64,000 nucleotides of DNA, taken from NCBI RefSeq assembly GCF_009914755.1, contig NC_060925.1; one strand, given 5' to 3'. The DNA comes from the human T2T-CHM13v2.0 reference genome, Homo sapiens. The position numbers and the translations under genes were made by a program. The first letter of the stretch is position 1, and each line of letters begins with the position of its first letter. The notes beneath the pieces were generated by a model. The model did not search any database, was not told the DNA's origin, and saw nothing but the letters and a program-made list of their open reading frames with translations. Positions 18,462 to 34,850 of this stretch are shown piece after piece.

Positions 18462-19118
18462 GTGAGTCTACTTCCATTTTTTTAAAGAATTTTAGTGTAT
18501 TGTTTGAGATCATGGATTTTTAATAGTTTGTCTTTATGGATAATGTATTTCTGCTTTCAACTGTCAAACTACCTGAAGAGGGCACGTCCAGCAAGTTGCT
18601 TTTTAAGGTCTTTGTAGTTAAGGGTTGGCTCTTTAGTGTGGTTCTTAACCCTAGGCACAGTTGTGCTTCTATACAAATAACTGTGCCCATTCCCAGATAC
18701 TCTGTTTCGGTAGTTTGAGAGAGGCTTAGGTACCCCTGTATGTTTTAAATTTCTCAGATGCTTCTGATGCGTAGTTTTCATTGTCACTGGTTTATAGTGA
18801 AAAAGATAAAATATTTTTATCCTTCTTAATAATGACCTTTTAAAAATGTGTATTCAATGATACTTGCGTTCTAGGTCAGTTCATCTTCTAAAGGTACTGA
18901 CTAAATTAATTCAAGACCCAGGCCCAGATCTGTGTATCTCAGGCTTAAGAGGAGAGTTTTTCTAATTAAAAAATACATGAGCTTCAGGGTACATCCATGT
19001 GTAATGTTTATGATTTTCCCTCAAGTGTTTTTTTTCAAATTATGAGGAAACATGCTTTTAAAAAATGAAAACAAGTTAGAAAATCAAATTCTTATTTTAC
19101 CTGTCAAAAATCACAGGA

Positions 19119-19421
19119 GGCCAGGTGGGGTGGCTCACGCCTGTAATCCTAGCACTTTGGGAGGCTGAGGCGGGCGGATCACCTGAGGTCAGGAGTTTGA
19201 GACCAGCCTGGCCAACATGGTGAAACTCTGTCTCTACTAAAAATACAAAAATTAGCCGGGCATGGTGGCATGTGCCTGTAATCCCAGCTACTCGGGAGGC
19301 TGAGGCAGACAGAATTGTTTGAACCTGGGAGGCGGAGGTTGCAGTGAACCGAGATGCGCCACTGCACTCCAGCCTGGGCAACAGAGCAGGACTGTCTCAA
19401 AAAAAAAAAAAAAAAAAAAAA
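19119..19421 (+). mobile_element. Alu (S-type) in CACYBP intron 5
   Basis: Full Alu with pure A tail. Confidence 0.95.
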
Positions 19422-19678
19422 TCATGGGAAATCCCTGTGCCTAAAAATAGCCCCTAACTATTTTGATGACCTCTTTCGTGCACCAAGTGTGTGCATGCTT
19501 GATACGTGTGTGTTGTTTTCATTAAGATGAATTTGTGCGTGCCGTTTTGATTATAAATATCTTTGGGTACTCTGTCTTCCTTCTTATCCCTCTACTTCCT
19601 GCCAGTGTTAACAACCTGAATGATAGTATCTTCCGGTGCTTTCGTTTCCCCATTGTTGTATATGTTTTCTTTTTAAAG

Positions 19679-19835
19679 GAAGCCCTCCTATGACACTGAA
19701 ACAGATCCTAGTGAGGGATTGATGAATGTTCTAAAGAAAATTTATGAAGATGGAGACGATGATATGAAGCGAACCATTAATAAAGCCTGGGTGGAATCAA
19801 GAGAGAAGCAAGCCAAAGGAGACACGGAATTTTGA
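19679..19835 (+). CDS. CACYBP: CACYBP coding exon 6 ([51 protein letters not shown]; SGS domain)
   Basis: AAG acceptor, TGA at 19833-19835, SGS-domain signature. Confidence 0.96.
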
Positions 19836-19998
19836 GACTTTAAAGTCGTTTTGGGAACTGTGATGTGATGTGGAAATACTGATGTTTCCAGTAAGGGAAT
19901 ATTGGTGAGCTGCATATATAAATTTGACAGATAGCTATTTACATAGCCTTCTAAGTAAAGGCAATGAATTCTCCATTTCCTACTGGAGGATTTATTTA

Positions 19999-20538
19999 AA
20001 TAAAATATGCTTATTAAACACTCCTGCAAAGATGGTTTTATTAGTACCCTGGTCATTTTGTTCAAGGAAGGGTTATATTGCATTCTCACGTGAAATATAA
20101 AAAGCAAGTCTTGCCCAATAAAAACGCTACATTGTGTGTATTTTTTGTTCAGCTAAGAATTGGAAAAGTATTTGCTTGCCTTTTAAGTTACTGACATCAG
20201 CTTCCACCAGTGTAAAAATTGAGTAAAACCTGAAGTTTTGCATAAAATGCAAATTGGTGCCTGTGCTTGAAGGTTGCTGTAGAGCATCTGACCCCTTATT
20301 ACCACCTTAAGCAATGTATATGCCATGCATTACCATGCACTAATTCAATCACAGGTGTTTCTATCTAGATTTAAATATATTTGTCAATGAATGTGGAATA
20401 GAAAATCTAAACATGACAATAATAGACATATCTTTGTATGGTACCAGTTAGTTTTGCCGTGGATCAGATGGTTTATAAAAGTAATAACCATAAAGCAAAA
20501 AATAATTTGAAAGCCCGTCTATTCCTATGCTCAATAAA
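19999..20538 (+). terminator. Cluster of candidate CACYBP poly(A) signals (AATAAA at 19999, 20117, 20533)
   Basis: Canonical hexamers; the 20117 site is followed by TGTGTGTATTTTTTGTT. Confidence 0.65.
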
Positions 20539-20721
20539 GTTAAGTTTTTCTTCATTAGAACAGTTTTATGATTTATTTGTCTAGGAGTATGTCAGAAAAA
20601 TCAGGCTTTTAGTAGGAATTACTCCTATTCCCCCTGAAGTCAGGACCAGTGCCTGTGATCTCCATTACTTTATTTTCCTGGAGGTATTAGCCAACACAGT
20701 TAGATCAGAGAAAGCAATTGA

Positions 20722-20883
20722 AGCCAGGCATGAAGGCTGGTGCCCGTAATCCCAGCTACTAAGGCTGGAGGATCACTTCAGCCCAGGAGTTTAAGGCTGC
20801 AGTGAGCTATGATGATGCCACTGTACTGCAGCTTGGGTAACAGATTGAGAACCTGTCTCATTAAAAAAAAAAAAAAAAAAAAA
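20722..20883 (+). mobile_element. Monomeric Alu (FLAM/FRAM-like)
   Basis: Single diverged arm with A21 tail. Confidence 0.8.
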
Positions 20884-21577
20884 GCCGTTAGACACACAGG
20901 AAAAATCCAGAAGGGTAAACTAAACTAAAGCTACAATTAATATGGGAATTTGGAAGAAGTGGTAGGATTTAAAATACAGAAACAGTTTATGTATAGGATA
21001 GCTATAAGTAAATACTGAAACACATTATGCCTCTGTAATTGGGGTTGACACATGAACAGAATAGCAGACACAATGCATATGAAAGTTACAGAATATGGTA
21101 AAAGTGGGGTAAAGATGGGTTTTTAATGATACTAAGATAACTGAAAATAGGCATATAGATATATTCCAAGCCGCCTGACGATCTAATTGTAAAAAGTAAA
21201 GCATACAAATACTAGAAGAAAATGGAGGAAAACGACATTATATGTGACTTAAAACCTAGAAGAAATAAATAAAACTATTGATCAATTTTAACTACATAAA
21301 AATGTTTATAGGACAAGAAAAACCCCACCATAACCCAAGGCAAACAATGTATTGACAGGATTCCAATAATTAAGAATACTTCATACAAAAAGAAATGTAA
21401 ATGACCTTTAACATGTAAAGATGCTCACCTTGTTCAGAAGAGAATAAACCAGTGTTTTTACCTTTCACTTGAAAAAGAAGTATAAAAACAACTGTATTGA
21501 GTTGAGGCTGTGGAGAAATAAGGACACATATATGGGAATGGAATGCAAAAGTTAAACTTTGGTTAACAAGAATATTT

Positions 21578-21897
<320 letters not shown>

Positions 21898-22414
21898 GAG
21901 TATTTGGTAATAACCATCAGAATGACATATTCATTTATCCTTTGACCCAGAATTTTAACTTCTTTCTGGGCTCTGAAAGGTACATTTAGAAAAATTTGGA
22001 ATGCTATATGCAAAAGATTAAAAATACTCGTGTCTATTTAACAGGAATGTATTATGGTGCATCCACATGAGGGAGTACTTAAGTCACAAAACAATGAAGA
22101 GTTCTATATAACGTAAAATGGTCTCCAGGATAGAGTAAGTGGAAAAGCAAAGTGCAGAACATTTATGGTATACCCACTACATTTGTGTAAGAAAGGGTGA
22201 GAAATGTGAATGTATGCACATAGGTGTATTTGCTTATGTTTCAAAAAGAAACGAGTAAACCCAAAGCTAATAAAAATTGTTAGCAGGGGAAGGAAGGAGA
22301 TGAGGATGGAAGCTATTCTGTGAATTTAACTTTTTCTAGAGTTTTGACTTTAGAACCATCTAAAATTTAACATGACTGAAAAAGTAAAACATGACCCTAA
22401 ACCTATCAACACAT

Positions 22415-22770
22415 TGTCTTAGTCTGTTCCTGCTGCTGTAACAAAATGCCATAGACTAAGAATTTATAAATAATATTTACTTCTTGCACTTCTGGAGGCT
22501 GGAGAAGTCTAAGATTTGGCACCAGCAGATTGGTGTTTGGTAAGGGCTTGCTTTCTGCTTCCAGTACGGTGCCTTCTCGCAGTATCAGAAGGGTAAAAGG
22601 GACAAACTCTCTCCCTCAAGCCCTCTTAGAAAGGCACTGATCCCATCCATGAGTGTGGAGCCCTCCTGGCCTAATCACCCCTAAGGGCCCCACCTCTTAA
22701 TAATACCAACGCATTGTGGATTAGATTTTAATGTGAATTTTGGAAGTACACAAAATGTTCAAACTATAGC
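22415..22770 (-). mobile_element. ERVL-MaLR solo LTR (MST/MLT1-like)
   Basis: TGTCTTAGTCTGTTCCTGCTGCTGTAACAAAATGCCATAGACT...TTCTGGAGGCTGG...CCCACCTCTTAATA. Confidence 0.8.
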
Positions 22771-24175
22771 ATGTATATATATCAAGTTGGCAGTATAAAC
22801 TACTTGCAAGTAACTTTAGAACACAAGTGTTTGCCCATTGGTAGTGAGATGGATTCTAAGTTGAGATATTAGCTAGAACATTCCAGTTGGTAAGTTGTCA
22901 TACATATTTAAGAAATATGAATCCAAACTAGATTGTGATAATTCCCTCATAACTTCACCTCCACCTGAGTTTCGGACTCTGCTATCCAGCTGCGTACTAG
23001 TCTTCATCAGATGACACAGGCATCTCCAACACCGCATGACTGGAACCTGAACTCGCTTATCTTCTGTTTCCCCTAAATTTGTTCTTTTTCCAAATTTTCT
23101 ATCTTGGAGTTGCCCTCTTGGAATTGCCCTCTACCATCTATCTAGACACTTTTATCAGGAACCCAGAGAACCATCTTTACCTCTTAGATATAATCAGTCT
23201 TGTAAGTCTTGCCCAATTTTCTTTCCTAAAACTTTAAAAATCTGTCCTCTCTCCTCTACTAATACCACAATGTTAGTTCAGGCCTTCATCTTCCTCAACA
23301 ACTAAGACATCCTCCTAACTGGTTGTCTTGCCTGTAGCTTTTTCCTCTCATGGCCATCTGCCACACAGCTGTCACTTACCTGTATTACAAACTGATGATG
23401 TCATTCCTGTGCTTAAAACTCTGTAATACCTGGTATGTCAGTCTTAATTCCTTCACATGATTTGTGAGATCCTCCACAATACGGGCCTTGTCTTGTGCTT
23501 CATATTTCTGATCTACTGAAGTGACTGTGGTTCTCTGATGCTACAGAGTGCCTTTGCTTCTTTGTGCTTTTGTTCCCTCTGTGTGCAGAAAAAAATCTCA
23601 CCCCTCACCTCCTGATTTATTAAGTTCTCCAGGAATATTTTCCTGATGTTAAGTAGGTACTTCCATTCAGTATGTATATTTTTATCACTGGGCTGATGAT
23701 CACACTGTTGAGTTACTGAATGAGAACTTTGTGCTACCCTTACTCATTTCTGTTATGGATTAAATAAACATAAAAATAGGGAATATATACTGTTCCAACA
23801 AACTTTTCCTCTTTAGATGGAGACTTGCAAGGACTTAAAGAGGCATAATTTGTTTTAAAGTCCCTTAAGGATGGACAAGAAAACACTTAGTGGTTCTTTT
23901 GTTCAGCCATCACAAGAAGAAGTGGAGCATTAGATAATCCAGAACAGCAGCCTTGCTATCCAATCTGTTTATCTAACAATAATAGTTAAGGGGAGCTCTG
24001 CAGGTCAGCAAAGCTAGTCCAGGATTACAAACTGCCATACATGAGCTACATGTCAATTAGTTGGATTATGTATAAGATAGCATTTTATGAAATAATGCTC
24101 TTAATACAAAAACCCCTATATGTTACTAAAAGATTAAACTTAAAAGGAGGGTATAAAAAACATTCACAGAAAATA

Positions 24176-24181
24176 TTTATT
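24176..24181 (-). terminator. Candidate proximal MRPS14 poly(A) signal
   Basis: AATAAA on the minus strand about 245 nt after the stop; further candidates at 23616-23621 and 22727-22732 (ATTAAA). Confidence 0.5.
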
Positions 24182-24424
24182 ATGCTACTCTTTGTACTAT
24201 GTATGGGAACAGTATGTTTGTTAAGTCCAAGAGAAAAGATAATTCACTGACATGAAACACCCAAATGTCTTCATTTTAAAAGTAGTTTAGAGATAGCATC
24301 AGGTAGGCCAAACAACTGTACTGGGCCCCTGTAGAGATTAGGGTTTGGTCTATTAAAAAAAATCTTTGCTTGCTGGAACTGCAAGCTTGGCTTCCCTGCA
24401 AGCTCAATAGGTTCTGGAGCTCAT

Positions 24425-24607
<183 letters not shown>

Positions 24608-24693
24608 CTAAGGGAAATCACATTATTACACAGATCACATTACATTGTTGCACATGTATTTTGCTCCTTCTCACTTGCAGGTAATTTTCTTTC

Positions 24694-25003
24694 TTTTTTT
24701 TTTTTTTTTGAGACAGAGTCTCGCTCTGTCACCCAGGCTGTGGGTGTTAGATTGTGCAATGTCACAATCTCAGCTCACTGCAACCTCCGCCTCCTGGGTT
24801 CAAGTGATTCTCCTGCCTCAGCCTCCCGAGTAGCTGAGATTACAGGTGTGCACTACCACACTCAGCTAATTTTTTGTATTATTAGTAGAAACGGGGTTTC
24901 ACCACGTTGCCCAGGCTGGTCTCAAACTCCTGAGCTCTGGCAATCCGCCCATCTCTGCCTCCCAAAGTGCTAGGATTACAGGTGTGAGCCACAGCGCCTG
25001 GCC
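24694..25003 (-). mobile_element. Alu
   Basis: Full Alu, TSD GCAGGTAAT. Confidence 0.93.
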
Positions 25004-25671
25004 ACTGGCAGGTAATGTTCATTGCATGAGTACCATAATTCATTTATCCATCCTACATTTGATGGTCATCTTACGATTTGGGCGAATATAAATAGTGCAG
25101 CTACATACTCTTGTTTAACTCATTTGTAAAGTATGTGAATGTATTTCTGTTGCCGCCTCATGTTTTTTGAATCACGAAAGTGAAACCTCTGGAATGATGA
25201 TCAAATAGGAGGGAATGTGGCTTGAGATAAGACTAGAGAAGGAGGAAGGAGAGTATCACATGGAGCCCTGATGTCTATGGTAAAGATTCTGACAGCTAGA
25301 GAAGTAAAGGGGAGAGATCAGATGAGGTTTATATTTAAAAAAAATCATTTGCAAGGTAGAGGATGAATCAGGTAAGGGCAAAGTGGTTGAGGGGAGAAAA
25401 GTAGGGATTACAGCAGTAGCTAGGGCTCAGGTTTTGTCAGTAGAGATTTCTTCTTATGTATGTGTTCAAGAGTGTGAGTGTTCATAATATTCACTTTAAT
25501 CTGATAAGTGTGCTAACAAGTAGATGGACCCTGTGCTAGACTGCGGTGCAAGCAAAATAACACATTAAAATAACACAAATTAAATGAAAGTATATAAAAG
25601 CCAAAAATTAACAAAAGCTTATGCATGTGTTACCATTATGAACTAACAGAATTACATAAAACAACATGATT

Positions 25672-25972
25672 GCCAGGCACAGTGGCTCACGCCTATAATC
25701 CCAGCACTTTGGGACGCCGAGGCAGGCGGATCATCTGAGGTCAAGAGTTCGCGACCAGCCTGACCAACATAGGGAAACCCCATCTCTACTAAAAATACAA
25801 AATTAGCTGGGTGTGGTGGCGCATGCCTGTAATCCCATCTGGCCGGGAGGCTAAGGCAGCAGAATCGCTTGAACCCAGGAGGCAGATGTGGTGAGCCCAG
25901 ATTGTGCCACTGCACTCCAGCCTGGGCAACAAGAGCAAAACCCCATCTCAAAAAAAAAAAAACAAAAAAAAA
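25672..25972 (+). mobile_element. Alu
   Basis: Full Alu, TSD core CATGATT. Confidence 0.93.
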
Positions 25973-26399
25973 CCATGATTGAGCCATTGAGTAGTAAACA
26001 ATAAATGCTATACAAGGAACTGGAGAGGAGAAATGACTGGGCAAGAAGATTGAAGCCAAGTTTCATGGAGGTGGACCTTAAAGAATGGCTAGAAATTATG
26101 GATTGATTGATTGATACATACCCCTTCCTTCTTGTTCCCCGAAAGATTTAAGGCAGTTTACAAATGAGGAAACTGGGGCAAAGAGAAATGAGAGTAGGAA
26201 AGATAAAAGCCTCAGGACACAAAAGTGCATGCTGTGAAATTAGAACTGGGACATAAATTTGACTTGTAAGCTACTTGGCAGGCAGCAGAGAACCATGATC
26301 AGTTTACATGATTCACAGACTCTGCACAGTTATTGCTGCTAGTCATACCAGAGACATGTCTTCTGGGTATCTTCATAAAGGTACTCAAACAACACACCC

Positions 26400-27134
<735 letters not shown>

Positions 27135-27598
27135 TAGCTTAATGCCACTTTAGTGTAAGCCATAACCCAGTGGTCCAAGGCTCTCAGTTTTCTGCTCATC
27201 TGGCTTAATCCAGACAAGACTAAAAAGAAACCATAGTAATAAATAGGATGTATATCATTCTGCCAACTTCTCTAAATGTAGTTTTTTAAAAATCTGAGTT
27301 CTCAATAACTTGAGAGGCCTTGAGTTTAATTTATATCTCCCTGATGAGCCTTTTGAACGCAGATATGCTACATCACCACTTAGGTGCAGGACTTTATGCT
27401 TCAGAAAGCCAAGCAGGGTGACAAGGAAGTAAGCCTTAATGGAAAGGCACTTCAGCACACAGAGGGTGGGCAAGGGAGTTCAGGAAGACAGGCTCAGAAT
27501 GGTGCTAGGTAAGGAACAGTTTAGGCCGCGTACCAGGCACACAGACTTCAACATCAGCAATGCCTCCCAATGCCTTGCCAGTTAAAAGATTGGGATGC

Positions 27599-27902
<304 letters not shown>

Positions 27903-28166
27903 TCAGGGAGAGACCTTAGGTGAAAATAACCACCCAATTTACCAGTACTTTCTAAGGCTGGCATAATGAAACAGTTGTAAGGCTAGTTAGGAGTGAATAG
28001 TCTTTAATTTGAAACTCAACAAAATCAGTTTCAAGACTATTTGTTTATATTGATGTGGATCTTATTCTCCAGAAATTATATTGATACCAAGTCACAACAA
28101 ACAGTATCAAAAGTGATCTGATGTTGAGTTAATGATCTTGTGGTACAAAGGGACTCATCTTAATTA

Positions 28167-28427
<261 letters not shown>

Positions 28428-29021
28428 TTAGTATTCTTTTAAGAGTTGTTTTAGATCAGTTTAATAGTTTAAGATAATAGACTTCCTAATTTATTCAGAA
28501 TAAATAACTTTTATGGATGTATATTAAGTCAAAATCATAATAATATAATGCAATAACATATGTATTGGAAGGTGAAAGACAGATTTTCAGAAATTTTTAT
28601 TATTCTGTTTGACCTGTACTTAGGCCAATAGTCATATGGTTCAAAAATCAAAAAGGTATAAGAAGACACACAGTGAAAAGTCTCCCCCCACCTCATTCCT
28701 CACCTGCCCAATGACTCCCTTGCCCCACAGGTATCCACTGTTTCTAGTTTCTTGTATATCCTTCAGAGATTTTTGTCTGTATACACTCCCCTCCCATTTT
28801 TCGTTCCCTCTTTTCAGTTTACAATATACCTTAGAGATCTTTCAATAACTGAATGTAAAAAGCTTCCCCATTTTCTTCATATTGCATAATCTGCTATATA
28901 GAAGCATCATAATTTAACCTGCCACGTATTGCTGGACAGATCTCACTATTTATTATTATAAACAATGCTGCAGTGAATAATGTCTTGGAAATCATTTCAT
29001 ATGTATTCCTATATATCTTGA

Positions 29022-29347
<326 letters not shown>

Positions 29348-30256
29348 ATGAGGATAGATTATTGGGAGCAAAACTGCTAGGTCAAAGGGTACTTTAAAAC
29401 TATCACTGACCTAAGACTTCTCAGCACTAGTTGTCCAGTAATAAGACAGTATATTCCTTGTTGTCTCACATTTTCACGGTGATAATTTACAGTTCTGACT
29501 GACAGGACAGGCAAAGGGAGTATAGATCACAAGAAACGATAAGTCTCTCTCAAACCAGAGGAAATATTACATGTTAATTAAACTGCCCCTATAGAAAAAT
29601 GATGGCTTCTGATAACTGATGTTTATAAATGAAATATATGTATAGCAGAATATAAAATTGAAAATAAGAATACTATAAATAGAAAGCCACCATTTTTTCA
29701 ATCTATTAACAAAAGATAAACTGAACATCTTCAGTGCTCACATTACTAAACAAAAGTTCCTTGGGGAAATATAACAATTCTGCAATCACCTTTTGAAAAA
29801 AAGATAAGCAGGAATAGAATTTAAATATTGATGTGGCATATGACTGAGTCCAGTGAATGCCTTGGTAACCATGGATGGACATGCTTGTCACAGAAAGAGG
29901 GGCTTTGAAATCTTGACAGCAATTCAACATTGAAATGCTGACAGAATTTTGACTAAAGTGGGGACAGGGGAGGGGAGAAAAGGTAGTCTGTCCAAACAAA
30001 ACATGGAAAAGAACAAGATATATTCATAAGATCAAGGAGAAATCAAAGAAACCGTTCACATTGAGGGGCAATGTGAGGTTTGCTTTTACCTGTGAAATTG
30101 AGGGTACAGGAGATTTAGAAAACAAGATTAAGCATTTCTTCTTTGAATTCTTTTTCAAAGTATTCCTAATCAAATTCTCCTAGAAGACTTCTATTAGTTT
30201 TTAAAAATAGTCTTTCACTCTATTTTGCATACCTTTTTTTCTTACTAGAAAAGTAA

Positions 30257-30497
<241 letters not shown>

Positions 30498-31709
30498 ATA
30501 CACTTTTAAAATAAAATATTTATTGGCCTATTATATTATTTCTTCTGTGAACATTTTTATGTGCTTTGTCTGCATTTCTACTGTGGTGTATTTCCTTACC
30601 AGCTTATAATGGTGCTTTATAGATTAAGGCCACACTCTATTCTGCTCTGTACACATCTTATCCTGCCCCCATCTCTCACCCCTCTTCAGCTCCTAAAACC
30701 TTTCCACTGGGCCCTCTCAATCCATGGTCTATCATCAAAATCTTTTAAATTCTCAATTTCTCTTGACATCTCCTTCACCTTTTGCTCTGGCCGAATTTTA
30801 AATCCCTCCTCACAGCTTTTCCTGTAGCTCCTTTTTCTTCCATAACTGGGCCTAGAGGTGGGATAGGTAAGTGTCTTCCTTGCTCTTCATTGCAGCTTCG
30901 AGTTCTCCTTCCTTCCTGAAAGCTCCTGGCTTTGACTCATGCCATTGGGCTTACTACCTTCCACTCCCTCTCATTGTTGCAGTCATCTACCAAAGCCCCT
31001 GCCACTCCCTTTCATTTTTCCACGATTTTGGATCCTGGCTTATTGTCACTCTCTCCAATATTGTTCCTATCTTAATTCCTGGTTATTTCAATATACATGA
31101 AATTACACCCTGATCACTCTGATTTCTTAACACCTCTCCTTCAATGACTTTTGTCCTCCACTCTTGTTTAACTATTCAATTCCATGCCCATGTTGTGGGT
31201 ATTTTATTATTAATAAGTGCAAGCTATTATCTCACTTTGTATATCTCAACTCATTATCACTTCTTTCTAGCTTGCTCCTTCTAACACCCCAATAACAATC
31301 CTTCTGGGACTTTCAATCCATTGATCCTACCATTTTTCACTTTTTTCACTCAGCTTTTGATTTACTGTCTTCCTCTCTCACCTAGCCTGAATTCCATTGT
31401 TCTATAAATACAACGTTCTCTTGAATACACCATCAACTCTCTGGCCCCTCTCTCACTTCTCTGTACTTACTCCAATTCTCCTGACCATTCCTTCTGTCCA
31501 TTTCCAACTCTCTTACAGGGTCTCTCTCCCCTTAAATCTCTGACACTTGCTCCCACATCCTCACACTCAGCTGATGACTTCACTTTCTCCTTAATTATAA
31601 AATTAGAAGAAATCAAAAGAGCATTTCTATAAATGCTCACCAACATAGTGGCTCACTTACTAGCATCTGTATCATATGTTCTACATTCCCTCCTGTTATC
31701 AGAGATCCA

Positions 31710-32135
31710 CTCTGTCCAACAGAGTAACCACTAACCACATAGGGGTATTAAACATTTGTAATATAACTAGTGCAACTGGGGAATGTAATTCTTTATTTTA
31801 ATTAAAATTCAAAACCAAAGCATTGTAAACATTAAACAACTTTATTATTTTGGTAGAACTATATTTCCCATTTTAATGATGGGAAATTTAGCACCCAAAC
31901 TGAGATATGCTTTAAGTGTTTGAAAATCTAGTATGAAAAAAAAGAATGTAACTATTTCATAAGTCATTGTTATATTGATTCTATGTTAAAACCACAGTAT
32001 TTTGGATATACCTGGTTAAATAAAATATTATATTAAACTTAATTTCATCTATTTCTTATTTTTTAAATGTGGCTACTAGAAAAATTTTAAATTACACATG
32101 TGGTTCACATTATATTTCTATGAACAACACTGCTA
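31710..32135. mobile_element. MER33-like hAT-Charlie element
   Basis: CTGTCCAACAGAGTAACCACTAACCACAT...ATGTGGCTACTAGAAAAATTTTAAATTACACATGTGGTTCAC. Confidence 0.75.
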
Positions 32136-32236
32136 CAGATTAACTGTCCAGGTTCCTAAGACCAAACTTCATGCACAAGACCCCATAGCCTCTCTCTCTT
32201 TTTTTTTTTTTTTTTTAAATGTTTTTGGTTTTTTTA

Positions 32237-32335
32237 GGGCTAGTCAAGTGAAAAAGTGGGAGTGGAGAAGGAACAAATAAATCTGTAACTGGTTGTGATC
32301 AATTAGTTGTAAACACCACTGCACTCGAACCAGCC
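32237..32335 (-). pseudogene. Y RNA (RNY3/hY3) retropseudogene
   Basis: Minus strand GGCTGGTTCGAGTGCAGTGGTGTTTACAACTAATTGATCACAACCAGTTACAGATT...CACTTGACTAGCC nearly identical to hY3; A-rich tail to about 32199; TSD CCAT(A/T)GCCTCT. Confidence 0.95.
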
Positions 32336-32949
32336 TCCATTGCCTCTTGCCTACATAAAGGTACAGCTCTAGCAATTCTTCCCTCTTCTACATCATCAAT
32401 TTTTACTACAGGATCTTTCCCTTTCATACACAAACATGCTGTTTTCCCTGCCATGTTAAAAGAAAACAACCCCCCTCCCCGCCCCCGTTATTGACCCATT
32501 TTTTTTGCTCTCCTTTACAGCAAAGCTCCTTTAAAGGCTTATCTATACTCCAATTTATTTCCTCCTATTCTCTTGAACGCTTTCGTCCCCATAACACCAT
32601 CAGAACAGCTGTGATTAAGGTCCCAACAACCTTCACACTGCTAAACTCTTCAATTCTCAGCACTTCTTTTTAATTGATTTATCAACTTTGAGCAGAGTTG
32701 CCCACTCCTCACACTTTGAAATTCTGTCATCCTTTGCTTCCCGGCCATCCCACTCTCCTAGTTTTCCATCTCCCTAGCTGACAACTCCTTTCAGTCTCCC
32801 TTGCACGGTTCTCATCTCTTAACGTTACAAGTCTCTGAGAGCTCAATCCTCGGAACTCGTCTCCTATCTGCTTACTCCCTTACAAATCGGAGTCAATCTC
32901 ACATCTTCCAATACCAGTTAGTCATATGCTTACGAAAACCAAATTGACA

Positions 32950-33420
32950 TCTGCAGCTCGGACCTCCCCTGAACCAAGCCCAAGCGCGGAAGAGGGCGGA
33001 AGGAGAACCCCTGGACTGGTCCTCACCGAGCACTACAGGTGGCAGAGCCGTGGGGGACCCGTGGGTTATGAGATTCAGCGGTGAGGGGTAGCGGTGTGGA
33101 TAAAAGTAGAGGCCTGACCTGCTTGAACGTCCGCAGCAGCGAGCCCAGCATGAAGGCCGCCATGTTGTCCGCTACAAACTACAAACCGCTGAAACTTTAT
33201 TGACACTGCCGAATAGCGCAGGACACGAGGGGCGGGGCCTGGGCCGCCTGGGGCGGAGCTGGGAGGTGGGTGGGAATGTGGCCTACAGGAAAGCGGGGTT
33301 AGTTTTGGGATCGGAGCTCTCGCGATATTTCACGGAACTTGGGCAAATGACAAATCTGAAGGCGCCGCGTTGATGCTGATGGCGCAGCCAGACCCGCCCC
33401 GTGTGTTGCAGCCCGTGTAA
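32950..33420 (-). promoter_or_regulatory. MRPS14 CpG-rich promoter
   Basis: GC boxes (about 33228 and 33250), TCTCGCGATA BANP-type motif 33318-33327, YY1/TISU motif overlapping the ATG. Confidence 0.85.
33119..33163 (-). CDS. MRPS14: MRPS14 coding exon 1 (MAAFMLGSLLRTFKQ, presequence-like)
   Basis: CAACATGGCGGCC start, CAG|GTCAGG donor, 45 nt. Confidence 0.95.
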
Positions 33421-33716
33421 TACCCTTCTCTCCCTACCCACAGTTGGGGTCATCTTCTATAAGCGGGTCATGAAATAGGCGAGCTAGCTCTGTGCACTCT
33501 TTTCTTCCTTTCTGGAAAACTAGTTCTGAAAGCATCTTTTTTGTTGCTGTTGTAGGTTATGATTTAATTCTACCTTATTGGTGTGACCAGGAACAGGGCA
33601 AGAGTCCACCTCTACAATCCCATAGGAAGAACAGTCAGGAGAATTATATACATCTACAGCGGGCACAGGACTTAGGCCAGATCTTCCTGGAAAGTGGTCA
33701 GAAAGACTTAGACTTA

Positions 33717-33806
<90 letters not shown>

Positions 33807-33845
33807 TTATGGGTGGTGGAGATGTTCATACCCTGGAAGCTGCTA

Positions 33846-34305
<460 letters not shown>

Positions 34306-34349
34306 TCAGCTATCTGGCAACTTGTGAAAGCATCTTTAAACAGCATTAG

Positions 34350-34850
34350 TAACTTTTTTCTAAAAATTGTGATACAATATACATAACATAAATTTTCCCA
34401 TCCTCACCATTTTAAGTGTACAGTTCAGGGGCATTAAGTACCTTTACACTGCTGTGCAACTGTCATCATTGCCCATCTCCAGAACTTTGTGTCTTCCAAA
34501 ACTAAAATACTCTACCATTAAACAATAAGTCCCCATTCCCCCTTCCTTTCAGCTCCTGGCAACCACCATTCTACTTTTTGTCCCTATGAATTCAACTACT
34601 CTACGTAGCTCATCTAAGTGGAATCATGCAGTGTTTTGTCTTTGTGACTGGCTTCTTTCACTTATAACATCCTCAGGGTTTATCCATGCTGCACCATGTC
34701 TCAGCACTTCGTTCTTTTTTATGGCTCAGTAATATTCCATTGTTTGGCTACACTACATTTTGTTTCTCTATTTATCTGTCATTAACACTTGCTTTGCTTA
34801 CACCTTTTAGCTGTTGTGAATAATGCTATGAACATGTGTGTACAAATATC
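34350..34850 (-). mobile_element. 5'-truncated L1MB-type element
   Basis: L1M 3' UTR text; perfect 14-bp TSD TTAAACAGCATTAG (34336-34349 / 34851-34864). Confidence 0.85.

Larger units (their letters stand above)
30700..32970. mobile_element. Degenerate L2 sequence, interrupted by MER33 and a Y RNA copy
   Basis: Pyrimidine-rich L2-like text (CACACTCAGCTGATGACTT...; CTCCTAGTTTTCCATCTCCC...). Confidence 0.55.
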
